A stretch of 64,000 bases of DNA from Squalus acanthias (GCA_030390025.1 CM059432.1:56112001-56176000), one strand, 5' to 3'. Positions 22,106 to 35,607 are shown, counted from the stretch's first letter. A program made the numbers and translations. The notes: a model not told the origin generated them from the letters alone.

Positions 22106-23705
22106 AATTGGCCCGTCGAGCCTGCTCCACCATTCAATAAGATCATGGCTGATCTTCTACCTCATCTCCACTTTCCTGCACTATCCCCATATCCCTTGAT
22201 TCCCTTAATATTCAAAAATCTATTGATCTCTGTCTTGAATATACTCAACGACTGAGCCTCCACAGCCCTCTGGGGTAGAGAATTCCAAAGATTCACTACC
22301 CTCAGTGAAGAAATTTCTCATCTCAGTCCTAAATAGCTGACCCCTTATTCTGAGACTGTGACCCCTGGTTCTCGACTCCCCAGCCAGGAGAAACATCCTC
22401 CCTGCATCTACCCTGTCAAGTCCTGTAAGAATTTTGTATGTTTCAATGAGATCACCTCTCATTCTTCTAAACTCTAGAAAATATAGGCCTCGTCTACTCA
22501 ATCTCTCCTCATAGGACAATCCCCCATCCCAGGAATCAGTCTGGTGAACCTTCGTTGCACTCCCTCTATGGCAAGTATATCCTTCCTTAGGTAAGGAGAC
22601 CAAAACTATACACAATACTCCAGGTGTGGTCTCACCAGGGCCCTATATAATTGCAGTCAGATGTCTTTACTCTTATACTCAAATCCTCTTGCAATAAAGG
22701 CCAACATACCATTTGCTTTCCTAATTGCTGGCTGTACCTACATGTTAACTTTCAGTGATTCATGTACAAGGACACCCAGGTCCCTCTGAACACCAACATT
22801 TCCCAATCTCTCACCATTTAAAAAATACTCTGCTTTTCTATTTTTCCTACCAAAGTGGATTACTTCACATTTTTCCACATTATATTCCATTTGCCATGTT
22901 CTTGCCCACTCACTTAGCCTGTCTATATCCTCTTGAAGCCTCCTTGCATCTTCCTCACAACTTACATTCCCACCCAGCTTTGTATCAGTAGCAAATTTGG
23001 ATAGATTACATTTGGTCCCCTCATCCAAATCATTGATGTAGATTGTGAATAGCTGAGGCCCAAGCACTGATCCTTGCGGTACCCCACTAGTTACAGCCTG
23101 CCAACCCGAAAATGACCTGTTTATTCCTACTCTCTGTTTTCTGTCCGTTAACCAATCCTCAATCCATGCTAGTATATTACCCCAATCCCATGAGCCCTAA
23201 TTTTGTTTAATAACCTCTTGTGTGGCACCTTATCGAATGACTTCTGAAAATCCAAATGCACCACATCCACTGGTTCCCCCTTATCTATTCTGCTAGTTAC
23301 AACCTCAAAAAACTCCAACAGATTTGTCAAACACGATTTACCTTTCATAAATCCATGTCGACTCTGCCCAATCCTATTATTATTTTCTAAGTGCCCTGTT
23401 ACCACGTCCTTAATAATAGATTCTAGCATTTTCCCTACTACTGATGTCAGGCTAGCTGGTCTGTAGTTCTCAGTTTTCTCTCTCCCTCCTTTCTTAAATA
23501 GTGGGGTTACATTTGCTACCTTCCAATCCGCGGGAACCGTTCTAGAATCTATGGAATTTTGGAAAATGACAACCAATGCATCCACTATCTCTATAGCCAC
23601 CTCTTTTAAAACCCTAGGATGTAGGCCATCAGGTCCAGGAGATTTCTTGGCTTTCAGTCCCATTAATTTCTCCAGTACTATTTTTTTTTACTAATACTAA
23701 TTTCT
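22106..23705 (-). mobile_element. CR1 LINE whose extreme 3' tail is displaced to 20181-20209
   Basis: RT motifs in ORFs 23169-23663 and 22738-23067; AAGAACATAAGAAATAGGAGCAGGAGTAGG at 20181 continues into TTGGCCCGTCGAGCCTGC at ~22108. Confidence 0.9.
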
Positions 23706-24214
23706 TTGGACAAAAACATAATCCAGATCTACTAGTTAGTTGAGAATAAAACATTAGGCTCCAATTCATAATGTTCTCAAAGAAAATTACCATAAAAATC
23801 AACACTTTATGTTGTTAGTTATCATACAGGAATAATATGAATGAAAATAAATCCTCCCTTAAGTCGATCCCCCTGCCATCCAAAAATGATAGGATAGGCA
23901 TGTAACCTGCTCCCAGGTTATGATGTTCCACAACTGGCAACTGGAACGATGCAAGCAGCCCCAAATTACCCAGTGTATTTCTTTTTCTTGCCGTGAAAAA
24001 CTGCCTGGCCCCACTCGGCATTTCGCCACTGAGTGAGAAAGGTCATTCACTGATATTTCATTTGGTCTATTTTCCTTTCCTAGTTTGTCTCTCCTCCAAC
24101 CAATATACCCCTCTCCTCCACTATGGGCAATAGGTGTAAATCCACACCCCACCATTTCATGGCAGAATAAAATGAAGCATTAACATGCTGGACTATCCTT
24201 ACTGGAATGGATTA

Positions 24215-24330
24215 TAGAAAGAAAGCCTGCATTTATATTGCACCTTGCACAACCTCGGGACATCCCAAAGTGCTTTACAGCCAATGAAGTACTTTTAAAG
24301 TGCAGCCACTGTTGTAATGTAGGAAAACTA
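24215..24330 (-). mobile_element. Deu-SINE 3' fragment
   Basis: GCATTTATATTGCACCTT...CATCCCAAAGTGCTTTACAGCCAATGAAGTAC, similar to the 3' part of the 25440 copy. Confidence 0.6.
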
Positions 24331-25439
24331 TTTCATCCAACTTCACGTGCTTCAGGGCTATATTTTCTTCCGTTTGCTAATTTTAACTTTACACTAAAAT
24401 GAGAAAACAGAGGTAAGCACAGCCCCATCAATTATTGACCTTTGGGAATTTTATTATAACATTATACAAAGAGTCACATTTAGACACTGCATTTTTTTAA
24501 GTGATATTTTTAGAGCAGAATTTGGTATTTTCTTTCATCATATTTCTCATCAGAAATTCAACACATTTTCTGCTATTAGCTGCTCAACTTCAGATAAGAT
24601 TTCTTCAATAGCAGTTTATTTTGAGATCACACCACAAATTACCACCATTCCGAAGGCGGAACTTGTGGCAACAGGCTAGGCCTCGACCATTGCTCCTTTA
24701 AAACCCACTGCTAGAAGGTACAACAAAAGCTACCCAGGCAAGTTCCTCTTTTTATACACTTCCTGTTAGGAAGTATCTGACATTGCTGAGATTGGGAACT
24801 CAAAGTACAAAGCTATGTGCTATAATTCCCTGGCACTGCAAGTTGAAGCTGTGAAACGATGTGCCATCATATTGTCAGACAACACTAAATCTTACTTTAA
24901 AAAAAAAGCAAGGGGCGGGTGGGGATCAGGACCATTCCACTGTCCTTCTGTATTTCATGATTGACTTGGAGGTAGGACATGGTGTAAATGAACATAATTA
25001 AAGGGCTTTCAAATAAAGGTTTGTCAGTTATAAACAATTCTAAAATTACATCTGGAGCTGCATCTACAAGTCTCAGCAACTGGTGGTTCGATGCAACAGC
25101 TTCGTAAGTCAGTGATTTTCAAAGTCTGGCCAGAAGCTTCCTCGGTATTAGTGGATATGACATAGGTCAGCAATGATGTAAGTGCAATACTGGTCTGTAC
25201 AGCAGGCTAATGGGCATACCAAGATATCAAGATCAGAGCTAACAGCTAGGGCTACCACATCCTCAACCTCATCAGCTCTCGTGGCCTCTCTGTATCTGAA
25301 GTCTCCATCACTAACCAGGCAATCTTTGACCACTTCCTCGTCTTCTTTACCACCTATGAAACCCCCTCCAATCCCAATAATCTCATCATCCAGTCATGAT
25401 AAAAGTTCTCCCCCAGTTCCCTCTCAAAGAAAAAAAACA

Positions 25440-25820
25440 ACTTCCCAAACCGCTTCACAGCCAATAAAGTACTATCGAAGTGTAGTCACAGTTGTAATGT
25501 AGGGAAATGCAGCAGCCAATTTGTGCATAACGTCCCACAAACAGCAATGAGATAAATGACCAGATAATCCATTTGTGTTGTTGGTTGAGGGATAAATATA
25601 AGCCAGGACATCAGGAAAACTCCCTTGCGCTTCTTTTAATAATGCCAATGGATCTTTTGCATCCACCTGTGAGGGCAGATGGTGCCTCGGTTTAACATCT
25701 CATCCGAAAGTCGGCACCTCCAACAGTGCAGCACCCCCTCAGTACTGCAGTAAAATGCCAGCCTAGATTACTTGTTCAAGTCTTGGAATTGGTATCGACC
25801 ACTGACCCAAGACTGACACC
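25440..25820 (-). mobile_element. Deu-domain SINE
   Basis: GGATCTTTTGCATCCACCTG...GGTTTAACATCTCATCCGAAAG...CAGTGCAGCACCCCCTCAGTACTGCA. Confidence 0.8.
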
Positions 25821-26481
25821 AGTCATGTACAAATTCCAAACTCTCTTGCCTTTGGCCCTCCTTCCGTCACAATATCTTCGCTGCCATTGACATGCTGAAC
25901 CACTGCCTTGCCTCTTGTTCCCAGCAAATCAGTCGCCCAGCCCTGTTGCTCCCAGGTGTAGCCCCCTAATTCTCCTTCCTGAAGTTAGAAAGGCGCAAAT
26001 TCAAGCATATCTGGCTCACAACTGGCCCATTAATCGATCAACAGATCTGGTTTGACGATGTTAATCTCCTCAGCCTATTAGTCCAGGATCATTCTGCAAG
26101 TACAACCCTCCTTAAGCCCCTCTACTCTTGTCCCTCACTTCAATCTCAAGACTAGTCTCAACCCTGCTTCCTCCTGCCCCCCAACCTCCAGCCAGTCTCC
26201 CACCCACTCTAGCCATTTTTTTTCAGTTTCTTGTCCATTTCGTCCTTTGTGCTTACCAAGATCATCATCGCCATAATATCCCTCGTTTCCCCACCCACAA
26301 CTCAACTCCCCTTCTTAGCTCCCCCGTCATCAATGGGTCCCTTTCCTCAGGCACTGTCTCTCTCCCATCAAAATTGATGTTACCCTGCCTTTCTCAAAAA
26401 ATCCACCTCAATCTATTCACTCTCTCCAACTACCACATAAGCTCCAACCGCCTATTCCTTTCCATGGTTCTCAAACATATT

Positions 26482-27230
26482 GGCCTAGATTTTGTGGTTG
26501 GTATGGCGGTGTACTCTGAGTAGACCGCCATACCTCCTTTCAAATCCACCGCAAGTTCGGGATTTCCGCATGCATGAAATCCCGAACTTGCAGTCCGTCA
26601 ACGGACGCGTTGACAGGCTACCTGCGCAGGCCACGAGAAAGCAGTTGCTGGCGCAGAGTTGGGCTATTTGCCCACCGACTGGCCAGCAATTGCACACGGA
26701 ATTGTTACCATTGATGCAAACAGGTACAGGGCCTGTTTGCATCAGCGTAAGGGGATACCTCAGACATGATTGAAACATTTTCATATCGGAAATTATACAC
26801 ATACACTGTATCAAATGAGTTTCTGCAAATATTGGCCCGAATTAGAGTTTTAATGATGTTTAAAATTATCAAAAATCTAATTTTTAGTGAGGTTGGTGGA
26901 ATGAAGCTAATTACGAATTAAATTCCAATTCTGTAAATTGTAATTAGATCAGATTTCAGGATTCCATTACATCTCATTACGGGATTCCCTTCGGAAATGA
27001 TTAAACTCAAATTCTGCTTTGTGATTGGAGGACCAGGCCTACGTGATCCCAGGCACGCTTCCGCACTGCCTGGCTCTGTGGGCCATTACGCTGTCCTCTG
27101 CCTCTCATCCTCAGACCGCAAGTTTTCGCAGCCTCGCCGCCATCAGGTTTGTGTGCAATTCTTTCGTGGGTTGGAGGCGTACTATGGAGGTGTACTTTGG
27201 AGGTGCGCCTCCGACCGCAATTTTTAGCCC
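26482..27230. mobile_element. Harbinger-type MITE, family B
   Basis: Imperfect TIR GGCCTAGATTTTGTGGT / ACCGCAATTTTTAGCCC; 3-bp TSD ATT; L2 host rejoins; subterminal hairpins. Confidence 0.8.
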
Positions 27231-27371
27231 ATTGTTGCCTTCCAGCTTTGTGTACGTCTCCCGAAAACCCCTCTTTAAATGCTATGGATAGCACTGAAAC
27301 AGCCCAACCGAAGTTACCAATTACATCTTCTGTGACTGTGGAACATTATCTTCCTCGATTTTTTTCCGCAG

Positions 27372-27733
27372 CATAGAAACATATAGAAACATAGAAGATA
27401 GGAGTAGGCCATTCGGCCCCTCGAGCCTGTTCCGCCATTTAATGAGATCATGGCTGATCATCCAAATTCAGTACCCTGTTCCTGCTTTCTCCCCATATCC
27501 CTTGATCCCTTTAGCCTTAAGAAATATATCTAACTCCTTCTTGAATATATTTAATGAATTGGCCTCGACTGCCTTGTGTGGTAGAGAATTCCACAGGTTC
27601 ACCACTCTCTGGGTGAAGAAATTCCTCCTCATCTCAGTCCTAAATGGCTTACCCCTTATCCTTAGACTGTGACCCCTGGTTCTGGACTCCCCCACCATTG
27701 GGAACATCCTTCCTGCATCTAGTCTGTCTAGCA
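27372..27733 (-). mobile_element. Young CR1 3' fragment
   Basis: Near-identical to 21750-22100. Confidence 0.92.
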
Positions 27734-29769
27734 TTTGATATAGTTTACTATGCCATCCTCCTCTGCCAGCCAGATCCATGCAACTGCCTGGCATGGCTCC
27801 ATTCCTACGTATCCTACAAATGTAGCCAGTGCACCTCCAGCAATGGCTTCTCTTCCCCTCCCCCACACTATCATCTCCAGATCTATCCTTCACCCCTCCT
27901 TTTCATTATATACATGCTGTTCCTTGGCATCATCATCGCAGGCAACTGCCTCTGCTGGTAAAACTGCTTGTCTGACATTAGGCCTCAACAGTGTCACAAC
28001 TTTCCCCTGTTCAACATCACCAAGACCAAGCCAATGTCTTCCGTCCCAGCCAGAAACTCCACTCCCTTGCCGCCAACTCCATCCCCATGGACCACTTTCT
28101 CAGGCTGGACCAGACCATTTGTAATCTTGGCATCCTGTTTGTCCTTGAGCTGAACTTCAAACCCTACAATCTATCTCTGCAATCTCCCCCAGTCCTATAT
28201 TCACTTGAATGCTCCATTCCTCAGATTATGCCCCATCTGCGCCCCACCATTGGTGGCAAAACCTTAAGCCGCCTCAGTCCTACTCTCTGGAATTCCTTCT
28301 CTCACCCTAACCACGACCTCTCTCTCCACCTTTAAAATACTCCCCAAAAACTCATCTCTTCAACCTAGCTTTTGGTTATCTTCCTAATCTCTCCTCTTGG
28401 CATCCATTTTCCTTATACCAATTTGAAAGGGCCTCGGGACCTTTCTTTATGTTAAAAGTGCTATATAAATGCAATTTGTTGTTGCTGGCAGCAGTTTGAA
28501 GGCACCCAGGGAAACCCTCGCTGACAGCATTAGTGATTGGTACTTTAGGTTATAGGGTCCCATATAGTATAAAAAGGGCATCAGTGTTTTAGAGTGGGGG
28601 TGGGGGTGTGAAGCTGCATTGGAAACTTGGGGAGTCTTTCATTCTTCTACAGTTTGTCGCATTACTAATATATGTGAACTATATATGTGTGAACAATAAA
28701 TGTGAACTAAACATTTATAGTTTATACTTCATTTAAAAAGGAAAACTCCAGACACAGCATACTCCTCCATTATCGAATCCCTAGAACCAATTCATGATTA
28801 AACATCTCATCTGAACCAGATTCAATGCCCTTTTATATTGAAGGAAAACTACCGACAGTAGATGCACAGGACTCCCGTCACCTATTACACACTTTAAATA
28901 TAAAGGAGCCAACTTTGGGAGATACAATATCAGGAATCTAGATTTTTGAGAGACTTGTGAGATGCTATCAAGTCTTTACTTACAACTAAAGGCATGGAGC
29001 CAGATTCCCTCCCAATTACCTATAGGAATTGCCTCTAATGGGTCTAAATAAATAGGGCAGTGTGATACATGAAGGTCACAGGTCTCCATTTGAGCGCTGG
29101 TCCCTGGGACCCCATGTAACAATGCAAAAGTGCCTTCAAAGCGGATGTTTCTACCTACCTGATAGCAACCATTAACTGCTTGGGAGAAGTCGTTAGCAGC
29201 CTTTTGTCACCAGACGATGATGTCAGGTAGCCTGCTGTTGTTGGCTGAAATACACGGGAAACTAGAAATGTCAACATTGGAGGTTTTCTTTTAAAAAAAT
29301 TAAAATTTCATAATATATTTTTATAGTTCTTATTAAACAGAAGTGGAGCATCTGTTTCAGTCACATTTGTTATTTCCAGAATGAATGTTATGAATTTTCC
29401 TAGTGTTTTATTAGCCTTCAATTCCTAATTCTTGAGTGAATCAGTGTAAATATCATGATTCATCATGCTGCTACTCTCTTCCTCAAGGCTCATCATTGTT
29501 ATGCGTGGATAAGTGCTGTGGTTTAGCACTGCTAGTCAAGTATCAAACTTGCACCACAACCTACGCATGGAGAATAGACTGATTCTTGTAAAATATCTAA
29601 CACTTCTTATATTCTTAATGGTAAAATGGAATCTCAAACCAGAACAGTGGTCTCACTCCAGAACATACATGAACAATAGTCACCAACAGCAATGATTCTG
29701 AAATTGGTGCCAGTGCAATTATGCCTTTTAATATGTGGCATAATTTAAGACAAAATAGCAGCCATTTCA

Positions 29770-30140
29770 TGTGTTTTCACCTCATGGGGAGCCTGCCAGA
29801 GAAAGAAATCCCTACAACTAAGCAGCATCTAGGAGATTTGCCCATTTTTAAATGTGTTTTTTATCCCAGCAGAGCCCAGAGCCGTCACTAATACACAGAA
29901 AATTGATTATAAAAAACCCATTTAACTTGTACGAGGAGTGATTTGCTTGTACTGCAGAGCAAGCTCCACCTACACTTGTCAGTGGCAACAATTTTTCCCA
30001 TTGACCAATCACAACAGTGAATTTTCTGGGCTCTGTTGAGAGAAATAACATTTACAAAATTCACAAATATCCGAGGTTCCCATGTACTTTTCAGCCAGTG
30101 GCAGACTACCCGACGTTTGTCATCATGCGGTGACAAAATA
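29770..30140. repeat. Long degenerate palindrome (ancient MITE-like)
   Basis: Inner arms CAGCAGAGCCCAGA (29867-29880) / TCTGGGCTCTGTTG (30025-30038); complementarity continues outward. Confidence 0.65.
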
Positions 30141-30621
30141 TTGCTCACAACGTTCTCTAAGCAATTAGTGGCTGCTACCAAATAGGCGAGACATCCGCTC
30201 AAACATTCAAAATTAAATAATCAAATTGAATGTTCTCTAGGAACTAGCAAAGGTGCTTTGAGGATGAAGTATGCTGTTTTGAGCTTGGAGCTTTCCTTTA
30301 ATGTTTCTTATTACCCTTATCTTTGAATACTACCCTTCTATTTCTTAGTTTCTCACCAATGCTACCAACTCAGGTCAGCAACTGGAAAAAAAAATGAACT
30401 CCTGCTTTTTTTTTCTTTCATAGATCAGCTTATTTTTCTGAATACAGTTATGGGTAAGGCAGACTGCTCTTGCCTTTTTCTTTACTGAGGAAAGGTGTCG
30501 GGGGAGGTTGAAGACATAACTATATTGCAGATCTGCTATCATAATGTTGAAAAATTAGTACATTATTAGGTAGCTCTGAATCTTCAATATATTTCATATA
30601 AAAGCTACATTTCAGACTTAC

Positions 30622-30706
30622 TTTCATTGCTTTCCTTTAGCAATGCATCATCATTGTCTTCTTCCTCATCTTCATCATCTGCCGTCTTTATCTCTTCAGA
30701 GGGAGG
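30622..30706 (-). CDS. THOC1: THOC1 exon (acidic linker)
   Basis: 85 bp, AG/GTAAG; PPSEEIKTADDEDEEEDNDDALLKESNE(S). Confidence 0.95.
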
Positions 30707-31319
30707 CTGGAAGCAGTCACAAAAGTGATTAATGGTTCTGCAGTTCAAGTTTTAAAGACTCCTTTCTCCCAGGGAGTTTCACTTTAAATCCTGTCCATCA
30801 TAAATAACTAAACGCAACTACTTTAACAGTCACATGCCCAACGTGACCGTGGGAATTTTAGGTAAGAATATAAAAATTGGACTACTTAAATTGCACACAT
30901 TTATGTAAAGGCTACAAAATCAACATGCATGACATATTGTAGCCACTTGCACTTTTTAGTGGTCCACTGGCTGCATATGGAATGCCTTAGAAAAGAGAAA
31001 ATTTCAAGATTTTGAAAAATGAGCTATTTTAAAATGGTAAAGGTCTTAACTTATCAAATCTATTTACAGCTCTCTTACCCAAACGGACCGTTAAGAAGAT
31101 GAAGGAAAACTTCTACAGCTAACAGGGATAATATGCTACTCAGAGACCTACTGCTCCTGCCCCACCCTCACTGCCATGGGGAGAAGTTTTAGGAAAAGTT
31201 GCATGGGGTGGGGGGCACACCAACTTTGGAGGCGCTGTTCCAGAATTTGACTGGCAATTTCCAATGTAGCTTCATGGGGAATTACTGGTATAACTGGGGT
31301 GAATTTTGTTACAGTCTTT

Positions 31320-33560
31320 TACTCCACAATCTGAACTTTCTACATCTCCCTCTTCTTTTCTATCTGGCTCCAAAGCTGTTTCTAGGATTGCAGCACGCAA
31401 CTGACCTGGTTATCCACTGCCAGATATTACTCGACTATCTCAAAAAATATTACACTTTTCTTTCCTCACCCAAATCTTCCAACCACTCTAGGATTATCCT
31501 GGAGGACAAGGACACCATGTTTCTTTTCTCAAGGACCTTCCCTGACTATTCCTCTGCTCCCTCCATTTCCATCAAGAACACCAAATGTGAGGATCTCATA
31601 AGATATTTTTCTCTCCAAGATTGCAACAATATGCTTAATCCCTCAGCTGCTGCCTCCTCCACTTTACTCCTCACAGCCTTCTCCACCACCACACCTCCGC
31701 CCTACATCACTCCACAGTTTCTCCCTCATCGCCTCCAAGTTCATAATGAGATCCACTTCCTGCACTTGACCTTCATCCAACTCAAATCACAAAAGTACCC
31801 ATCTATCATCACTGGGTACCCTTCTTCTGTCTCCGTTCACCCAGCGTGCATCATTAATCCCTCTCCTCAAAAAACTTCACTTGGTCCTTCTTTCCTCTCC
31901 AACTACCTCCCCTTTCTCTTTAAATTCTTTGAACATATCGTTGAGACCCATCTCCATACCCAAAATCCTATCACTACCGCTTTGAATCCCTTCAATCTCA
32001 TTTCCATCCTGTCTACACCACCTCATCCAAGCCATCAATGAAATCTTATGTCACTGTGATCATCATGCGCTATCCTACTTCATCCTCCTTGACTTTCCTG
32101 TGACATTTAACCACTCCATTCTTCTCTACCATCTCGCCACTGCCATGGCATGGTTCCATTCCTACCTGCCCTAATACAGCCAGAACATCCCCTATAATGG
32201 CATTCATCCCACTCCTGTAAGTTTAGATCCAAAAGGTGTACCCACGATCCCCTTTTTTTCCTGCTCCTTGGTGATATCATTCATAAGCCTGGGGGTCAGC
32301 TTTCACATGTATGCTGGGCGTTTTTTTTTCTCTTCCGGCACCATTCGTGACTTTTTGAGCTGATATCAAGTCCTGGATAAGCAAGAACTTCCTTTGACTC
32401 AACTGTGGTAAAACTGAAGTCATTGCTTTCAGCTCCAGCCTGAAACTCCACACCTTAGTACAGGAAACTCTTTATTAACCGGCACCGACGGGACCGGCGT
32501 GGTGCCGGTTAATCAAAAAGTCCGGATAACGGAGAGTTATATCTCCCAACGTACGAGAGCCCCGTACACACTGACATGCGCCTGCATTCGGAGCTCCGTC
32601 TCCCCGGGGACCGCCAGCTGACCATCTGTCGTGTCGCTGCCTACCCGGGCTGCATATTCCCCTCCCAATCTACATGCTCCGATACAAGGCAAACGCCTCG
32701 GGGTTTTTTTTAAAGTTATTTTTAAAGGAGAGATGAAGGAAAACCCCGGTTACCTACTCAAGAATTTTGCCGGTTAAGAGAGATTTCCGGTTATTTGGGT
32801 GCCGGTTAAAAGAGAGTTTCCTGTACTTGACTCTCTCCTTGTCTTTGGTAGATTCCTCAGGTTGAACCGACAGTATGCAGTCCTGTTCGACTCTCAGCAG
32901 TTCTTCAAACCCCACATTCTTGTCATCATCAAGACCACTATCAATTTCCACCTCCACAACATCACCAGTGTCTGCCCCGACCTCATCCTCACTGCTGCAA
33001 AAATGCTCATCTATGCCTTTGTCACCTTCAGACTCAAATACACTAATGCTCTTCTTGCCAGCGTCCTGAGTTCTACCCTTTATAATGTGCAACTCACCCA
33101 AAATTCTGTTAGCTGCACCCACTATCACACTTAGTCCCGACTGCTGTGCTCACCAACCTTCACTGGACTTCTACCCATGTATGCATCAATTTCAAAACCC
33201 TGGTCCTTGTCTATAAATCCATCCTTAGTCTTGTCCCTCCCTACCTCAACAACCACATTCAGACCTCGGCTCCTGCATGCACCCCTCTGCTCTTCCAATT
33301 CTAGTCTCATTTGCATCCTTTCTTTGCTGCACTCCACTTTCAACTGCAGGGCTTTCAGCCATTTGGCACACATTTGAACATTCTACCTAGGCCCCTCTGC
33401 CTTGATACTTTTCTACCCTCCTCAAAACCTACCTCTTCAATTTTGACTTTGGCCACCTCCCCTAATCCTTCTTTCTGTATTTCACGGTCTCCAGTTAATT
33501 TCTGCCTTTGGTGAAGAGCTTTGGAACATTTTATGTTAAAGGCATTAAAGAAAAGCAAGT
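31320..33560 (+). mobile_element. Decayed L2 LINE
   Basis: SNYLPFLFKFFEHIV remnant, AAAACTGAAGTCATTG, L2-like 3' end. Confidence 0.7.
32461..32823. mobile_element. Tc1/mariner-pogo (Tigger-like) MITE
   Basis: 26-bp TIR CAGGAAACTCTTTATTAACCGGCACC (24/26 match); TA TSD at 32459-32460 and 32824-32825. Confidence 0.88.
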
Positions 33561-33904
33561 TGCTTCTTCCCGCATGGTTTACTGAACTATATGGTTGCGA
33601 TGTATTGAGTAAAGGCTTGTTTTTCAGTTTTTCACTACACGTTGCTTGTTTTTAATCCAACTTAGTACTACAGTACATTGAAAGTTAACAAAAGGTATAC
33701 AACAGGGACTGCCTATAGCAGGGATGTTCAGTGGACTCTATTCCTCACAATGATGGTTCACTAACGAACATGGAGGTGTGATGACTCAGAATATTATATT
33801 TTAAATTAATTCATTCTTCAGATACCTTTCAAGCTTTCAAAATAGGGCACTGCACTTTTATGCTTCTGAATTTAGTCATGAACTTGAGGCAGACAGATAC
33901 TCAC

Positions 33905-34052
33905 AGGAAGTTCCTTAGCCAATTTGATAACCATGTTGTCTAGATACTCAGGCAAGCTCTTGAACTGCTGATTAGTTGGCTGGAAGAAGTGTGGACTTCT
34001 TCGTGCTAGCAGCCTCAAAGCCCTCCAGCCATAATTGGAATTGTTTACCACC
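33905..34052 (-). CDS. THOC1: THOC1 exon
   Basis: 148 bp, AG/GTGAG; (K)[49 protein letters not shown]. Confidence 0.97.
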
Positions 34053-34170
34053 CTGCGTTATTGAAATAAAAAGCGCTGTTGTCAGAATGTGAACAGATTC
34101 CTGATAATCATAATTTCATGGACAGTTAACAAATTTACATCTGTAAGTTTGTGAAATCACAATAACTTAC

Positions 34171-34254
34171 TTGTATTCTTCTTCAACCATGTTCTCTGGA
34201 TCAGCTTGCTCAATAGCTTCTTCAAAAAACTCTTCTAGAGTGGGCATAAACTCT
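34171..34254 (-). CDS. THOC1: THOC1 exon
   Basis: 84 bp, AG/GTAAG; (R)[27 protein letters not shown](K). Confidence 0.97.
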
Positions 34255-35607
34255 CTGCAATCGCAAGTATTAATTTATTAGAAAGGAATGTATCCATGTA
34301 AATCACATTAAACTAAAGATCAAAACACAATTAAACTGTGATCAGCATGGCAGTCAGATGCAAAATGCCCATTTGCAAAACAGAATGGACTTCACTGGGA
34401 CATTTCTTGAAACGTGAATCTACTGTCGGTCAATTCTCCGCTAACCTACTAGGCACGGGTATATCCAGTTAGATCACAATAGTTTAATCTTTTGCAGGTA
34501 AACTGATATGTTTCTGATCTACCAGCAAGCTAGCCAGGACAGGTGTTGGAGCTCCACGGAAGTTGTACTTCCTGTTACTTGCTCTCATGTCTGAAGTTCA
34601 TGGCTGTCGAGGTGAGTAGGCAATGAGAGGAAAAAGATTTACTTTATCAAAATTAGAAAATGGAGACAAAGGCCAAAAAATAATTAAAAGCACACTCAAC
34701 CACTACCTTCTATAAATGTACACAGTGGAAGATGATCCTCACATGGTTGGGGGGGGGGGGGGGGGTGGAAAGAGGGTGAAAGGGGAAGGTCAATGGCTAG
34801 ATAAATAGTCATAAATGTGACTGAGTATCTGCACATATATGCCATTGTTCCAGTGTTACCACCAGAATCCAAATCAGCATTGTAGTATAAACAATATAGA
34901 TTAAGCACAACAGTAACCAGATAATATGGCAGAACCGCTTCCATTTGAAGATGTTCTGCAAGATAACAGTTCTAACTGCTGACTGAATTATGTTATGAAA
35001 AATTAGCCTGGGCATTCTCAACATGAAACTTAGAGAACTCATTAAAGCCAAGTATCAGCTTTTCAAAGAAATGGCATATTGCTGGGCAGTTTTTAACAGT
35101 CATAATATAGGGCTTTTATAGATCTCAGAACAAAGTTGCTTGAAGTTTTTTTAAAATCTAATTATTCACTTCCCACCAAGTATTTCTCATATTAGGTCTT
35201 CGGTGCCAACTTGTGACCAAAAGGACAGATAAAAATCTGTTTCCAGCATCTCCTAATAAAGCAGTGTACCAGAGGGAGGCGTGCATAGAGGAATTACGTC
35301 AATCCTCTTTTCCAACTTTCATCACTGTCCTTAGTAGGAAGTAGCATTTTGCTACTTCACATCTCCCAGTTAGGGCTGGAAATTCACTCAGCTGGAAACC
35401 TCAAATTCAGAACAGAATCCTACCTCTTCATGTCGCAGCATGTCAATGCACTAACACACTGTGCCACCGGTCCACAAATATGCAGATAGGTTCCTGACTT
35501 GTATAAAGGCAGTATTAATACTAATTGCTATCTGTGAATTCTTTAAGTGTAGCCAAACATTCAGATCCTTTGAAAAAGGTCTCATTATGTTAAGATGCAT
35601 TTCTCAC

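Larger units (their letters stand above)
25830..28485 (+). mobile_element. Decayed L2 LINE, interrupted by a MITE and a CR1
   Basis: Pyrimidine-rich ORF2 remnants (CTCTCCAACTACC...; GCAGCATTTGA) and L2 tail GTGCTATATAAATGCAATTTGTTGTTG. Confidence 0.7.

Noticed and set aside
31199..32041. 280-aa ORF
   Set aside because: Low-complexity read-through of a decayed L2; only patches are in the L2 frame
34748..34765. G-run as a G-quadruplex (also ~49694-49719)
   Set aside because: Simple homopolymers, C-rich on the THOC1 transcript strand, with no evidence of function
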